Shown: piece by piece, positions 47,719-58,018 of the stretch
How positions within the stretch are numbered: position 1 is the first letter of the stretch
How the letters are laid out: each line of letters starts with the position of its first letter
Source: Acidimicrobiia bacterium
GTDB taxonomy: Bacteria > Actinomycetota > Acidimicrobiia > Spongiisociales > ZC4RG35
NCBI GenBank assembly: GCA_965203555.1
Contig: CBDBCY010000004.1
Location: 1,504,001-1,568,000, forward strand
Length of the DNA: 64,000 nt
Direction: 5' to 3'
The notes under the pieces: generated by a model
Told to the model about the DNA's origin: nothing
What the model saw: only the letters and a program-made list of their open reading frames with translations
The model's database searches: none
Position numbers and translations under genes: made by a program

Positions 47719-48473
47719 CGGCTTTGCTGCAAGCGCGAGGAGTGGTCAAGCGTTTCGGAGGGCTGACCGCCGTCGACGGAGTGGACATCAGCGTGGGGGA
47801 AGGTGAGATGGTGGGTCTCATCGGGCCGAACGGCAGTGGCAAGACCACTCTGTTTGACTGCCTGAGCAGAGTGACGGACATGGACGAGGGCTCTATCAGT
47901 TTCAATGGAACCGATATCACCGGCCACCGCCCCCATCAGGTGGCCCGCCTCGGTATGTCCCGCACCTTCCAACTGATCCGCGTCTACCGGGAGCTCACGG
48001 TCTCCGAAAACATGGAATTGAGCATCCAATGGGGCGAACTGGGTCTGAAACGGCTGTTCACCGGGACCGACCCGGGCACGCGGCGCCAGGTCGAGTCCCT
48101 GCTGGAGTTCCTGCTGCTGGCCCGGTTGCGAGGGGAGCGGGCCGGTGCCCTCTCGGGAGGCCAGCGGCGTCTTCTGGAGATAGGCATGGCTTTGATGAGC
48201 GACCCGAAACTGGTGCTGTTGGACGAGGCCACCTCCGGGGTGAATCCGACCCTGGTAGCCGACATCGCCGATCGCCTGCGGGAGGTGAACCAAGCCGACG
48301 GGGTGGCGTTTCTGCTGGTCGAGCACAACGTGCAGTTCGTTGCCGACCTCTGTCAAAGGGTGGTGGTGCTGGATCAGGGCGCCAAGCTGGCCGAAGGCAC
48401 TCCCCACGAGATCATGCACGACCCGGCGGTGATCGAAGCCTATTTCGGCGCCGAGGCAGGGGACCCGACATGA
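47715..48473 (+). CDS. LivG-like ABC ATPase
   Basis: Motifs GPNGSGKT, RTFQ, LSGGQ, LLDE, VEH, VIEAYFG. Confidence 0.93.
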   Translation: MTALLQARGVVKRFGGLTAVDGVDISVGEGEMVGLIGPNGSGKTTLFDCLSRVTDMDEGSISFNGTDITGHRPHQVARLGMSRTFQLIRVYRELTVSENMELSIQWGELGLKRLFTGTDPGTRRQVESLLEFLLLARLRGERAGALSGGQRRLLEIGMALMSDPKLVLLDEATSGVNPTLVADIADRLREVNQADGVAFLLVEHNVQFVADLCQRVVVLDQGAKLAEGTPHEIMHDPAVIEAYFGAEAGDPT

Positions 48474-49207
48474 CCCCGGAGGATCGGCCGCTGCTCGAAC
48501 TGCGCAACGTCTGCGCCGGATATTACCCGGGCCATGACATCATCTCGGACATAAACCTGGAAGTAACCCAGGGCGAGATCGTGTGCGTGATCGGACCCAA
48601 CGGCGCCGGAAAGTCCACTGTATTCAAGGCAATCTACGGCTTGGCCCGGGTGAGTTCCGGCCACGTGCTGTGTGGCGGGCAGGACATCACCCATGTCGCT
48701 GCGGAGGACATGTTGCGTACCGCAGGGATAGCGATGGTGCCCCAGTTACGCAGCGTTTTCGCACAGATGACAGTGTATGAGAACCTCGAGTTGGGCATGT
48801 TCGTGGAAAGAGACAAAAAGCGAATCCGGAAGAGAATCGACTACGTGTTCGGGCTGTTCCCCCGGCTCGCCGAACGGTCCGCACAAGCCGCCGGCACCAT
48901 GTCAGGAGGGGAGCAAAGGATGCTGGAGATCGGGCGGTCTCTGATGCATGAGCCCCGTCTGGTGCTGATGGACGAGCCGTCTGCGGGATTGGCCCCGATC
49001 GTCACTCATCAGGTGTTCGAGTCTGTCCGCAGACTCAACCGGGAGATCGGTCTCACGGTGTTGATGATAGAACAGAACGCCCGCCAGGGACTCGAGACGA
49101 GCGATCGGGCCTATGTGTTGGAAATGGGACGCAACTCCTACCAGGGACCGGCCGAGGATCTGCTCGCCAGCCCGCAGGTGCGCAGGGCGTTCCTGGGCGC
49201 CCGCTGA
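48470..49207 (+). CDS. LivF-like ABC ATPase
   Basis: Motifs GPNGAGKS, FPRLAER, MSGGEQ, MDEPS, IEQN. ATG 48470 overlaps the upstream stop. Confidence 0.93.
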   Translation: MTPEDRPLLELRNVCAGYYPGHDIISDINLEVTQGEIVCVIGPNGAGKSTVFKAIYGLARVSSGHVLCGGQDITHVAAEDMLRTAGIAMVPQLRSVFAQMTVYENLELGMFVERDKKRIRKRIDYVFGLFPRLAERSAQAAGTMSGGEQRMLEIGRSLMHEPRLVLMDEPSAGLAPIVTHQVFESVRRLNREIGLTVLMIEQNARQGLETSDRAYVLEMGRNSYQGPAEDLLASPQVRRAFLGAR

Positions 49208-49286
49208 CATAACACCCGGTCCACAGAAATGGATCGCGGTGTTTGCTCCCCACTCACCGCGGTCCCGGTTGTCTCCTGCCTCGCGC

Positions 49287-50489
49287 CTAGTAGAAGCTGG
49301 ACTTCTCAGCGTAAATGTGATCAGGCAATTTGTAGCTGATCCCCGCTTCATCGTATGCGGAAACCTCGAGCAGTCCCGTGAAGTAGGTGTATGGATTGTT
49401 GAAGAGCCTGGGAAAGCTCTTACCCATCAGCCGGCGAAGCCGACCCAGATTCCGGAAATTCAACAGCACCCCGAAGGAAGACTGCTTCGGATACCTCAGT
49501 TCGTCGGCAAGGGCATCGCCGATGAGTGCCCGGGAAATCTTGTAGGCATAGTTGGTGAGCTTCACGCGGGCATCGTGACCCGGTATGCCCGCAACATAGG
49601 GTGCGGAAGCGATCAGAGAATTGGACATCGCAATGGACTCGAGGCTGATGGGCGGTTCGCACATAACCCCTATCTTGAACACTCGCAAAGCGTCCTCCTC
49701 GGTCTGGAACAAAATGGTCTCGGGGATGCCCATCAAATATCCCATGTAGCGCCAAACGGCCATGAAGCTCTCTCGTTCTTCACCGTCGAAGGTGGCGCCC
49801 AATCCTTTCATGTGCCTGAGCAGCCTGGCCGAGAAGGCCGTTATGGAGTATCCCATGTGCGCTGAACTGAGTGGAACACCCCAGGCCTGCGAGTCCCAGT
49901 CCTCCGACGTTTTGAGAAGGTGCCGGACCTGGGCATGAATGATCCGGACCCGGACGGAGAGTTTCAGGCCGTCTCCGTCCCTGTCCAATCCGCCGGGGAG
50001 GAAAGACTCGACCATGTGCCGGTTGTTCTGTTTCAGACGCCTCACACCCTGGTCCCGCAGGCGTCCGGTAATGAAAAAGGACTTGCTGATATTTGTGGTG
50101 AAACCCTCCACCAGGACACCGCCCACGAAACCCACCAGAACCACTCTCGAATTCCTGTGGAACATCCGGATGCCAGGCTGAAACGCGGCAAAGTCCATCC
50201 AATCCGGTGGCGTATCCAGCTTTCGAAAGAAACGCACCAAGGTGGCAGGTGCGTCCTTGAGAATGTTCTCATCCCCGTCCATACCCGCTTCAATGAGGCG
50301 ATGGGCGTCCTTGGCAGGCATGGCGGCAAGGTCATCCACCATCACGTCAGCTTCGGGATCACCGATCTGTGTATGCCACACGTATCTGTCCGCCATTTCC
50401 GGATCCACCAGCCGCGCCTTTTGGTAACCCTCCTCGTAGTCGGACGGGATAGATGCAGGCGGCTCGAGTCCGTTCCCCTTGGCGTCCAT
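49287..50489 (-). CDS. MpaB / latex-clearing-protein-like heme oxygenase (DUF2236)
   Basis: Motifs GDPEAD, PPDWMD, TG.L, RRLKQN, RVRIIHAQVR (heme-His), WG.P, WRYMGYLMGIP. Start ATG 50489. Confidence 0.82.
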   Translation of the reverse strand: MDAKGNGLEPPASIPSDYEEGYQKARLVDPEMADRYVWHTQIGDPEADVMVDDLAAMPAKDAHRLIEAGMDGDENILKDAPATLVRFFRKLDTPPDWMDFAAFQPGIRMFHRNSRVVLVGFVGGVLVEGFTTNISKSFFITGRLRDQGVRRLKQNNRHMVESFLPGGLDRDGDGLKLSVRVRIIHAQVRHLLKTSEDWDSQAWGVPLSSAHMGYSITAFSARLLRHMKGLGATFDGEERESFMAVWRYMGYLMGIPETILFQTEEDALRVFKIGVMCEPPISLESIAMSNSLIASAPYVAGIPGHDARVKLTNYAYKISRALIGDALADELRYPKQSSFGVLLNFRNLGRLRRLMGKSFPRLFNNPYTYFTGLLEVSAYDEAGISYKLPDHIYAEKSSFY

Positions 50490-50496
50490 ATGCAGG

Positions 50497-52695
50497 TTAA
50501 TCCTCTGCTTCCACACGCAGATCCGGCAACCATCCGAGCCAGGACGGCAGATACCAGTTACGGGCCCCCAGCACCTCCATACTGGCCGGAACCAGCACCG
50601 ATCGCACGAGGGTCGCATCAAGCAGTACCGCCACGGCCAAGCCGAATCCGACCAACTGATTCACCACCGTTTCACCCGCCGCGAATCCGCCGAACACCGC
50701 AACCATGATCAGGGCGGCGCCGGTGATCATTGCTCCCGTGGAACGAAGTCCGTAGGCAACCGCCTGGGCGTTGTTTCCGGTCTCGTCGTAATGTTCCCGA
50801 ATGCGGCTCAGCAGGAACACGTGATAGTCCATAGATAGACCGAACAGGATGCTGAACAGGAACAGGGGTATCCATGCGTCGATAACCTCGGCTTGCTGGA
50901 ACCCGAAAAGGTCGGCCCCGATTCCTTTCTGGAATACCAAAACCAGCAGCCCGTATGTGGCGCCAACCGAGAGCAGGTTCATGATGATGGCCTTGATCGG
51001 GATGGCGATCGATCTGAAAACCAGCATCAGCAGGATGAAGCTGAGACCGAGAACGAAGGCAAAGACGATGGGAGTGTATACATCGACAATGCCGTAGAAG
51101 TCAGTGGCGGCAGCGGTCGCACCGCCCACATATACCTCGGCTTCAACGCCATCAAAGGCCTGGGGAATGTATTCTTCCCGGATCCGGGTCAGCCGCTCCG
51201 TAGCCAGGCGGCTGTTCGGCTCGCCCGGGAAGGCGAGCGCCAGCAGAGCCAGGTCGCCTTCAGGATTGACTTCAAGCTGGGGCGGAAGGGGAAAGTCGGG
51301 GTCGTTCTGCAGAAGTTGCACCAAATGGAGACCGGCCTGTTGTACCTGGGGATCGGCGATGTTGGCGTCGACGACGATCTCCGCCGGGCTCAGTACGCCG
51401 GCGGGGCTGACCTCCCCAACCGAAAATTGCTCTTCGAACACCAGGAAGGTCTCCTTGGTCTTGGATTTGTCCGGGAAGGTGTTGACGTCATTCAGCCCGG
51501 TATGGATGTCGAAGTAAAAGTACGACAGGACAACCAGGGGAACGCTGGTAAGGAGGATGCTGACAACGGGCGCCCTGGTAACGACTTTGGTGATCTTCTC
51601 CCAGAACCCGTGCTCGTTGGTCTGGGGATTCCGGAGCGAGAACCTCTTCAGGAAGGGAACGGGCAGCAGACCCACCTTCGGGCCCAGCAGGGCAAGGACA
51701 GCCGGTAAGAGGGTGAGAGTTGCCGCCAGAGCAGTAATAACCACCAAAATGGCCCCCAGACCCAGCGATCGGAAGAACGAGACGGGAACGATCAGCATGC
51801 CGAAAAGGGCCAGCACCACCGTGGTGCCGCTGAACAGCACCGTCCGGCCGGCGGTGTCCCCCGTCTTTACGACCGCGTCCTTCACCTGCAGACCTCGATC
51901 AAGTTCCTCCCTGAACCGGGAGACGATCAACAACGAATAGTCGATGCCCACCGCAAGGCCGATCATGGTGATCATCATGGTCACGAAAAAGATCAGCTCA
52001 AAGAATTGGCCGATGATTCCCACCGCCCCCAACGCCAGCACAATGGCCACCACGGCCAATCCCAGCGGCAACATGGTGGCGACGACCGAACCGAACAGCG
52101 TAAGCAGGATGATCAGGGCGACGGGAACACCGAACCTCTCTCCCTTTTCCAGGTCTTCGGCGCTCAACTCGTTGTTTTCGAAGGCTACGCTGGCGTCTCC
52201 ACCGATCAGTACCCGGAAACCATCGACGGTGTCCGCTTCTTCCACAACGTGAATGACATCTTCAACGTTCTCCGTGGCCTCCTTGTACTCTCCGGCCAGA
52301 ACAAAGCTCATGATGGTGGTCCTGCGATCTGGAGACACCAGCAACGACTCGTTGGTCAAGTAGTAGTGAGATCCGGACTCCACGGTGTCGGGTCCCAATG
52401 CTGTGATCTGGTCATGGAGGGATTCAACCCTCGCCTGGAACCGGGCGTCGTCGACAGTCAAGGACGGAGACTGCACCAGGACCAGTTCGGTAAGCGGTTT
52501 GGGCCCCCGCAGCCGCTCCTCCAGCAATGCGGCAGCCTGCTCTGATTCGTAGCCGGCGCCCAGCCTGAACTCGGTGGTAGTGGCGCTTGGGAGAAGGGTC
52601 TGCACAAGTCCCAAGCCGATGGCAATAACCACCACCCAGACACCAATGGTTGCCCAAGGTCTACGGACAGCTAATCGCGCCAATCTTGCTGTCAC
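50497..52695 (-). CDS. MMPL family lipid transporter
   Basis: Motifs GLAVGIDYSL..VSRFREE, FGLSMDYHVFLLSRIRE, DATLVR..LVPA, NWYLP. GTG 52695 follows an AGGAG SD. Confidence 0.93.
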   Translation of the reverse strand: MTARLARLAVRRPWATIGVWVVVIAIGLGLVQTLLPSATTTEFRLGAGYESEQAAALLEERLRGPKPLTELVLVQSPSLTVDDARFQARVESLHDQITALGPDTVESGSHYYLTNESLLVSPDRRTTIMSFVLAGEYKEATENVEDVIHVVEEADTVDGFRVLIGGDASVAFENNELSAEDLEKGERFGVPVALIILLTLFGSVVATMLPLGLAVVAIVLALGAVGIIGQFFELIFFVTMMITMIGLAVGIDYSLLIVSRFREELDRGLQVKDAVVKTGDTAGRTVLFSGTTVVLALFGMLIVPVSFFRSLGLGAILVVITALAATLTLLPAVLALLGPKVGLLPVPFLKRFSLRNPQTNEHGFWEKITKVVTRAPVVSILLTSVPLVVLSYFYFDIHTGLNDVNTFPDKSKTKETFLVFEEQFSVGEVSPAGVLSPAEIVVDANIADPQVQQAGLHLVQLLQNDPDFPLPPQLEVNPEGDLALLALAFPGEPNSRLATERLTRIREEYIPQAFDGVEAEVYVGGATAAATDFYGIVDVYTPIVFAFVLGLSFILLMLVFRSIAIPIKAIIMNLLSVGATYGLLVLVFQKGIGADLFGFQQAEVIDAWIPLFLFSILFGLSMDYHVFLLSRIREHYDETGNNAQAVAYGLRSTGAMITGAALIMVAVFGGFAAGETVVNQLVGFGLAVAVLLDATLVRSVLVPASMEVLGARNWYLPSWLGWLPDLRVEAED

Positions 52696-52862
52696 ACCTG
52701 CTCCTTCCTCGACAACCCTAGAGTTCCCAGCGATACCCGTCCAATGCCTGCCAGGCAGTGTAGCGAAAGTGTGAAAAGTCATCCTTCCCACGACAACCCC
52801 GTGGGCTCTTTGGACTGTGCGTTTTGCAAGCCGGTGGGAATGGTTCGAGCCGATGGGAACCG

Positions 52863-53906
52863 CTACTGAATCTGAAGGTCCGTTTCGGCCCTGTCGGGAG
52901 GCCATACCACTCGCCGCTCGCCATTCTGCCATTGCACCGTCACCACCCGGTGACCCACCTGCAGACCGGTGACCGGATCAAGCCGAAATGCCCCGAACAG
53001 GGTATTGGCAGCCAGTCGTCGGGCGTCGGCCATCAGGATCTCATCTTCCACAGCCCCGGTTCTTCGCACGCATTCCGACCAGACCAGCGCCGCTGCCAGG
53101 GCCTGGGCGGCGGGGTACGGAGGAGTATCACCTGTCTGAAGGCGGTAGGCCTCCACGAACCAATTTGCATCGGGTCCGACAGTGGACCGAGGGGCGGTCT
53201 GCGGCGTCCACTGCGCCGGACCGATCAGACCCTCCCGGTGGCTTCCCAAAGCCTCCAACACCTCGTCCACCCCGGCCGAGACCGCCAGAACTGCTCTCCA
53301 CCGGCGACGATCTGTGGCCTGCACTATCTCCAACTCGTCGTCGAAGGACCCGACCACCGCCAGCACCTCGGCGCCCGGGAGGCGGGACAAGGATTCTCTC
53401 CCGCGCCCGGGAGGAAAGACAACCTGGGTGGCGGACATCCCAAGACCTGCCGCGGCTACCATCGCTCCCCCGCCCACCTCCCCGGAAAAGCCTCTTCCGG
53501 TATGAAGCACCACCAACGACGAGGCGTCGGGATCGGCCGATCGGATGGCTGCCAGCCCACCTTCAAGATACGACGCGGCGGGCGCCGGGATGTTCACCAC
53601 ATTCTCGAACTCCGGCACGGCCAGTCGAGCGGTCGCCCCACCACCGTTCCACACCAAACGTGAAGCCGCCCGCGCCACCGCCAGAGCCGGTCCTCTCCCG
53701 TAAGGTCCGAACAGCACATCAGGTTGAGACGCCTCTGCCCGAAGCGCCGCCGAAACCGGATCGGGATGGGCGTCGTACAACTCGAGATCCACCGACTTCG
53801 GTTCAGCGACCTGATCGGCCCAGAGCCCCAACGCCTTTCCAGCCACTCGGCCATAAATTGCCAGGGGACCGGTAAGAGGAGTAACCATGGCGGCCCGAAC
53901 CGGCAT
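52863..53906 (-). CDS. Periplasmic-binding-protein type 1 fold (Leu/Ile/Val-like), no evident signal peptide
   Basis: Motifs PLTGPLA..G, LFGPYG, PPYPAAQA, TLFGAFRLD, VQWQNG..VVWP. Confidence 0.75.
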   Translation of the reverse strand: MPVRAAMVTPLTGPLAIYGRVAGKALGLWADQVAEPKSVDLELYDAHPDPVSAALRAEASQPDVLFGPYGRGPALAVARAASRLVWNGGGATARLAVPEFENVVNIPAPAASYLEGGLAAIRSADPDASSLVVLHTGRGFSGEVGGGAMVAAAGLGMSATQVVFPPGRGRESLSRLPGAEVLAVVGSFDDELEIVQATDRRRWRAVLAVSAGVDEVLEALGSHREGLIGPAQWTPQTAPRSTVGPDANWFVEAYRLQTGDTPPYPAAQALAAALVWSECVRRTGAVEDEILMADARRLAANTLFGAFRLDPVTGLQVGHRVVTVQWQNGERRVVWPPDRAETDLQIQ

Positions 53907-54272
53907 CAACAACAGACCTCCGAAATCACACCCGATTGTCTCTGGCTCAAATTGCCGCAGGCGGCGGGAAAAGAACCCGAGAGCCCCGGCCATCCGACCA
54001 GACTCAAGAGCATCCAGCCGACCGGCAGGAACATCCTCGCGGCTACCCTCTCTCCCCGTGACCATCCAGGACGAAAGTCACGGCTCGGTGTCGAAGCACT
54101 GCTCCCGGGCATCATCCCGGCGGCAGGTCTCAAACAGAGTCCCCGTCCGAGCGGGACCGCCAAACCGTCCGAACATCCATGTCTGCGGCATTCTCGCGTT
54201 GCGGGCGAGCCGCGCGAAACCCCCCGGCTCAGCCGGCCGGGATGCCAAAAGGCTGCTCCACATCAAGGTCGA

Positions 54273-54614
54273 TCACTGCCGGGGAACCACGGCGCCGGCG
54301 GATTGTGCGTACCGTGCACGGCCCTCCACGGGCTCAAGGGACAATCTCAGCCCCAAGGCAGCGGCGACCTTCAAAAGCGTGGTCAGGGTGGGGTTGCCGT
54401 CTTCAGACAACGCCTCGTAGAGGTTGCCCCGATTCAGCCCGGTGTCGCGGGCAAGGGCACTCATGTTCTGCTTCCGGGCGACATGCCTCAGGGCCGCTCG
54501 TATCACGGTCCCGTCCCCAGGGTCCTCATCCGAAGCAGCCCTGAGAAGCCCTCGGACATCCTCCTCTGTTCTTATATAGTCTGCCGCGTCGAACTTTCGA
54601 TATTCCTCAGACAT
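54273..54614 (-). CDS. Addiction-module antidote (HI1420-like HTH antitoxin)
   Basis: Motifs FDAADY, MSALARDTGLNRGNLYEALSEDGNPTL. TAATG coupling to the toxin gene. Confidence 0.92.
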   Translation of the reverse strand: MSEEYRKFDAADYIRTEEDVRGLLRAASDEDPGDGTVIRAALRHVARKQNMSALARDTGLNRGNLYEALSEDGNPTLTTLLKVAAALGLRLSLEPVEGRARYAQSAGAVVPRQ

Positions 54615-54910
54615 TAGCTCCTCCATTCCGTCGCCATTCTCTTGGCCCGTCGGATGTCTCTCCGCTGGCTGTCCTTGTCGCCACCGCACAGCAGAACGAT
54701 CAGTTCAGCACTGTTCGTGATGAAATAGATCCGGTATCCAGGCCCGTGCTGAATTCTCATCTCGGACACGCCGCCGCCAACCGGTCTCACGTCTCCCAGA
54801 TGCCCATCCTCGGCTGCCAGCAGCCTGACGACGATGCGGCTCACCGCCTGGCGGTCCCGCAGCCTGCCCAACCACCGGTCGAACGTCGCGCTTCGCAGGA
54901 TCGTGAACAT
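54614..54910 (-). CDS. Addiction-module killer (HI1419-like RelE/HigB toxin)
   Basis: Motifs FDRWL..LRD, GDVRPVGGGVSEMRI..GPGYRIY, LLCGGDKDSQ..DI. Confidence 0.93.
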   Translation of the reverse strand: MFTILRSATFDRWLGRLRDRQAVSRIVVRLLAAEDGHLGDVRPVGGGVSEMRIQHGPGYRIYFITNSAELIVLLCGGDKDSQRRDIRRAKRMATEWRS

Positions 54911-54916
54911 GGCAGC

Positions 54917-54936
54917 ATTGTACGATATACCGTACA
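54917..54936 (-). promoter_or_regulatory. TA operator palindrome and -10 box (probable leaderless mRNA)
   Basis: TGTACG-N6-CGTACA (54919-54936) overlaps a minus-strand TACAAT located 6 nt before the toxin ATG. Confidence 0.7.
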
Positions 54937-55126
54937 GCATGTGAAGGGGATTTGGGGCATGACGCGGTCAGACCAGGGGTGGTAGAGGCGTGAGAGAGGC
55001 TTGCTGAAGTCCTGTCATAATCCTGCGTGCTGCCCGATGGGATTACGGGCTGCTCAGCCACAAATCAAAGGCGGTTCTGTCAACTGTCAATTTGAGGCAC
55101 ACTTACCCAGACCCACCGGCCCGGCA

Positions 55127-56398
55127 TCAGTTCAAGCCGTCGCTACAACTCAGAACAGGACAATCCAGCCGCCCCACCACCCTCACCGGCAGGCGTTTTA
55201 TGCCGTGGATGAAGTTGGACTGCAGTCGCTCGGCCGGGCCGGTCAGACGAAGATCCGGCAGGCGCGGCAGCAGTTCCTCCATCGCCACTTTTACCTGCAA
55301 CCGTCCCAGAGCCGCTCCCAGGCAGAAATGCGGGCCGCCCTTGCCGAAACTGACCTGCGGGTTGGGATGGCGTTCGATGTCGAACCGGTAGGGATCGTCG
55401 AACACTTCCTCGTCGAAGTTGGCCGAAATGTACCAGATGGTCACCTTATCGCCTTCCCGGATAAGCTGGCCTCCCAGTTCCACGTCTCGGGTGGCGGTGC
55501 GGCGGAAGTGGTAGATGGGAGTGGCCCAGCGGATGATCTCCTCCACCGCCCGGTCCATTGAGCCGGGACGTCCCTCCAAAAGCTTCTCCACCTGGTCGGG
55601 ACGTTCCATCAGCGCCAGCACCCCCTGGCTGATGGAATGGCGCGACGCCTCCTGCCCGGCGATCATCAGCACCGCGAAGAAGTTGTTGAATTCGGCGTCG
55701 GTAAGAGGCTCGCCTCCCGGTTCGGCCTGCAACACTCGGCTGATCATGTCGTCGCCGGGCCGGGCGCGACGCTCGGCCGCCAACTCGGCCGCGTACTGAA
55801 AGGCTTCCAGGCCCGCCGGACTGCCGAAGGGAGCGAAACGACAATTCGGATCCGACCGATCCTCCCAGTACTCGGGATCGGAGTCGCCCACCAGCATCCG
55901 ATCGGTCCACTCGATCAGGCGGTCGGACATCCGGCGAGGAATTCCCATGTGCTCGCAGAGCCACAGCACCGGGATCTGCTTGGAGATCGCCTCCACCAGG
56001 TCGAACTCGCCCCGGGCCAGCACCTCTGCCAGCACTTCGGCGGTCATCAACCGGAAGGCGTTCTCGTAGGCTTTTACCACCCTGGGGGTGAACCCCCGTG
56101 ACAGAAGCCGCCTGATTCGGCTGTGCGCGGGAGGATCGAGATCCATCATGGACCGCCGAGCCGCCAACTCTTCGGGAGTCATCTCCTCGAGAGTGGACCC
56201 CTGCGCCGAGGAGAAGGTCCGCCAGTCACCGCTGACCGAGGCCAGGTCCCGGTAGCGCACCACCGCCCAGAAGCCGGCCCTCCCGTCGGCCTCGTCGTGC
56301 CAGGACACGGGAGCGTTGTGGCGCAGATAGCGGAAGACTTCGTGGGGTACCTCGCGCGCATACAACTTCGGATCCTGAATATCCACATCTACCCGCAT
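55127..56398 (-). CDS. Cytochrome P450 (CYP125/124/142-like)
   Basis: Motifs GFWAV, DPPAHSRIR, EEIIRWATP..HFRRTA, SANFDE, FGKGGPHFCLG. Confidence 0.93.
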   Translation of the reverse strand: MRVDVDIQDPKLYAREVPHEVFRYLRHNAPVSWHDEADGRAGFWAVVRYRDLASVSGDWRTFSSAQGSTLEEMTPEELAARRSMMDLDPPAHSRIRRLLSRGFTPRVVKAYENAFRLMTAEVLAEVLARGEFDLVEAISKQIPVLWLCEHMGIPRRMSDRLIEWTDRMLVGDSDPEYWEDRSDPNCRFAPFGSPAGLEAFQYAAELAAERRARPGDDMISRVLQAEPGGEPLTDAEFNNFFAVLMIAGQEASRHSISQGVLALMERPDQVEKLLEGRPGSMDRAVEEIIRWATPIYHFRRTATRDVELGGQLIREGDKVTIWYISANFDEEVFDDPYRFDIERHPNPQVSFGKGGPHFCLGAALGRLQVKVAMEELLPRLPDLRLTGPAERLQSNFIHGIKRLPVRVVGRLDCPVLSCSDGLN

Positions 56399-56499
56399 AT
56401 CGCATCCGCCACCGGTGAGGTCATTCCCTTACGCCCCCGCCTCTCCGGCGAAGTGTAGGATTCGAGCTTTGCAGTCGTCGCTCGAACCGGGAGCCAAAC

Positions 56500-57312
56500 A
56501 TCATCTCACCGTCAGGCTTTCTCTTCCCGCAAAGCCCCACCGGGAGGGCTTCGATCCTCCCCGCCCCGCCCTGGCACTATTCGGGAGAAATGCTGACCGT
56601 CGAATACCGCACCGATCCCCGGAACGTCCGAGAGGTACTGCCACCTCCGCTGGAACCTGCAACCGATGATCCCGGTGCGGTGGCCCTGATCTGGGCGGAG
56701 TGGCAATCCTGTTCGGATTCGGGCGAAGAACTCCTGGACCCGGTCCGCTCCCAGTACCGCGAGTGCTTCCTGGTGGTGCGGTGCCGGTACGAAAACCGCA
56801 CATGGTCCCGCTGTGTCTACATCTGGGTGGACACCGACTTCTCGATGGCGCGCGGCCACCACCAGGGATATCCCAAGCGACTGGGGGAGATCCACATGAC
56901 CCGCCCGGTCTCGGTGGGAAGGGCCGGCCCCCGCCTGGAACCCGGTGGTGTGTTCGGCGCCACTCTGTCCTCTCAAGGGAGGCGGTTGGCCGAGGCCCGA
57001 CTCGCTCTCACCGACCCCTGCGACCATGCCGGCTTCGTCAACGCCCTGCCGATGCTGCACTCTCGGCGCTTTCCCGCCATAGAGTCGGACGGGACCGCCT
57101 CCATGGACGAACTGGTAACCATGCGGGGGTACGATGTTGAGACCACCGACGGATGGAAAGGCGACGCCGAACTGTCACTGTTCCCCTCTCCCGCCGAGGA
57201 GCATCACCGCCTCGTTCCCCGGGAGATAATCGCTGGATACTGGCGACGGGTGGGCATGTCCTGGAAGGGAGGAACCACCCTCCACCGGCCCCCTCCCCCA
57301 CCACTCGCCTAG
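56500..57312 (+). CDS. Acetoacetate decarboxylase-like (MppR/Sbi00515-type) protein
   Basis: PAPPWHYSG, SQYRECF, YIWVD, QGYPK (Schiff-base Lys). The conserved N-terminus precedes ATG 56590, so ATC 56500 is proposed as start. Confidence 0.82.
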   Translation: MISPSGFLFPQSPTGRASILPAPPWHYSGEMLTVEYRTDPRNVREVLPPPLEPATDDPGAVALIWAEWQSCSDSGEELLDPVRSQYRECFLVVRCRYENRTWSRCVYIWVDTDFSMARGHHQGYPKRLGEIHMTRPVSVGRAGPRLEPGGVFGATLSSQGRRLAEARLALTDPCDHAGFVNALPMLHSRRFPAIESDGTASMDELVTMRGYDVETTDGWKGDAELSLFPSPAEEHHRLVPREIIAGYWRRVGMSWKGGTTLHRPPPPPLA

Positions 57313-57317
57313 AACCC

Positions 57318-57830
57318 GTGACCCAGGACGTCCGAGACCGCCTGTCCATCCGCCGACTCGACGCCGACCACTGCGCCCGGGCGGTGGAGGTGATCAACAT
57401 CGCCGCCCGGTGGTACCGGGAGTTCCTTCCGCCCGAGGAACTGCACGACCCGGAGATGGACGAGGCGGAGTGGTCGGCCGAGGGCCGGCGCATGACCTGG
57501 TGGGGAGCCTTGATCGACAACACCCTGGTGGGGGTAATGGGAAGCGAGCCGATCGGTGAAGTGGTCCTGCTCCGCCACGCATATATCCTGCCCCGATACC
57601 AGCGGTCGGGCGTGGCTTCGGCGCTGATCGAGCACATCGAAAATGGGCTTGTGGGCATAGAGCGGATCATCGTGGGTACCTATGCCGCCAATTACCGGGC
57701 GCGGGGCGCCTTGGAGAAGGCCGGATACGTTCTCTCGGCCGATTCCGAGGCGGTATTGCGGGCCTTCTACGACATTCCCGAGGACCGACTGCTCACCTCC
57801 ATCACCTACGAAAAGACACTGAGCGACTGA
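57318..57830 (+). CDS. GNAT-family acetyltransferase
   Basis: Acetyl-CoA motif HAYILPRYQRSGVAS and ANYRA...LEKAGY. Confidence 0.85.
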   Translation: MTQDVRDRLSIRRLDADHCARAVEVINIAARWYREFLPPEELHDPEMDEAEWSAEGRRMTWWGALIDNTLVGVMGSEPIGEVVLLRHAYILPRYQRSGVASALIEHIENGLVGIERIIVGTYAANYRARGALEKAGYVLSADSEAVLRAFYDIPEDRLLTSITYEKTLSD

Positions 57831-58018
57831 CTCCGGCTCCGCCCCTGTTTCTTCCGCTGCTAAGCGGAGTCCACGGCGGAGGATCTGATCGGCGCGAGTG
57901 CTGGACCGTCGCGCAGAACGGACCGCCCGGCCCATGTGGGATGGGTTTTGCGGCCGAGACAGTCGCCCGATGGTAGAATGACCGTCGTTGGGGTGCGAAC
58001 ACAGAGGAGGATCAGGAC

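Noticed and set aside
54066-55126. Mobile element around the TA pair
   Set aside because: No transposase, integrase, terminal inverted repeats or target-site duplication could be identified.
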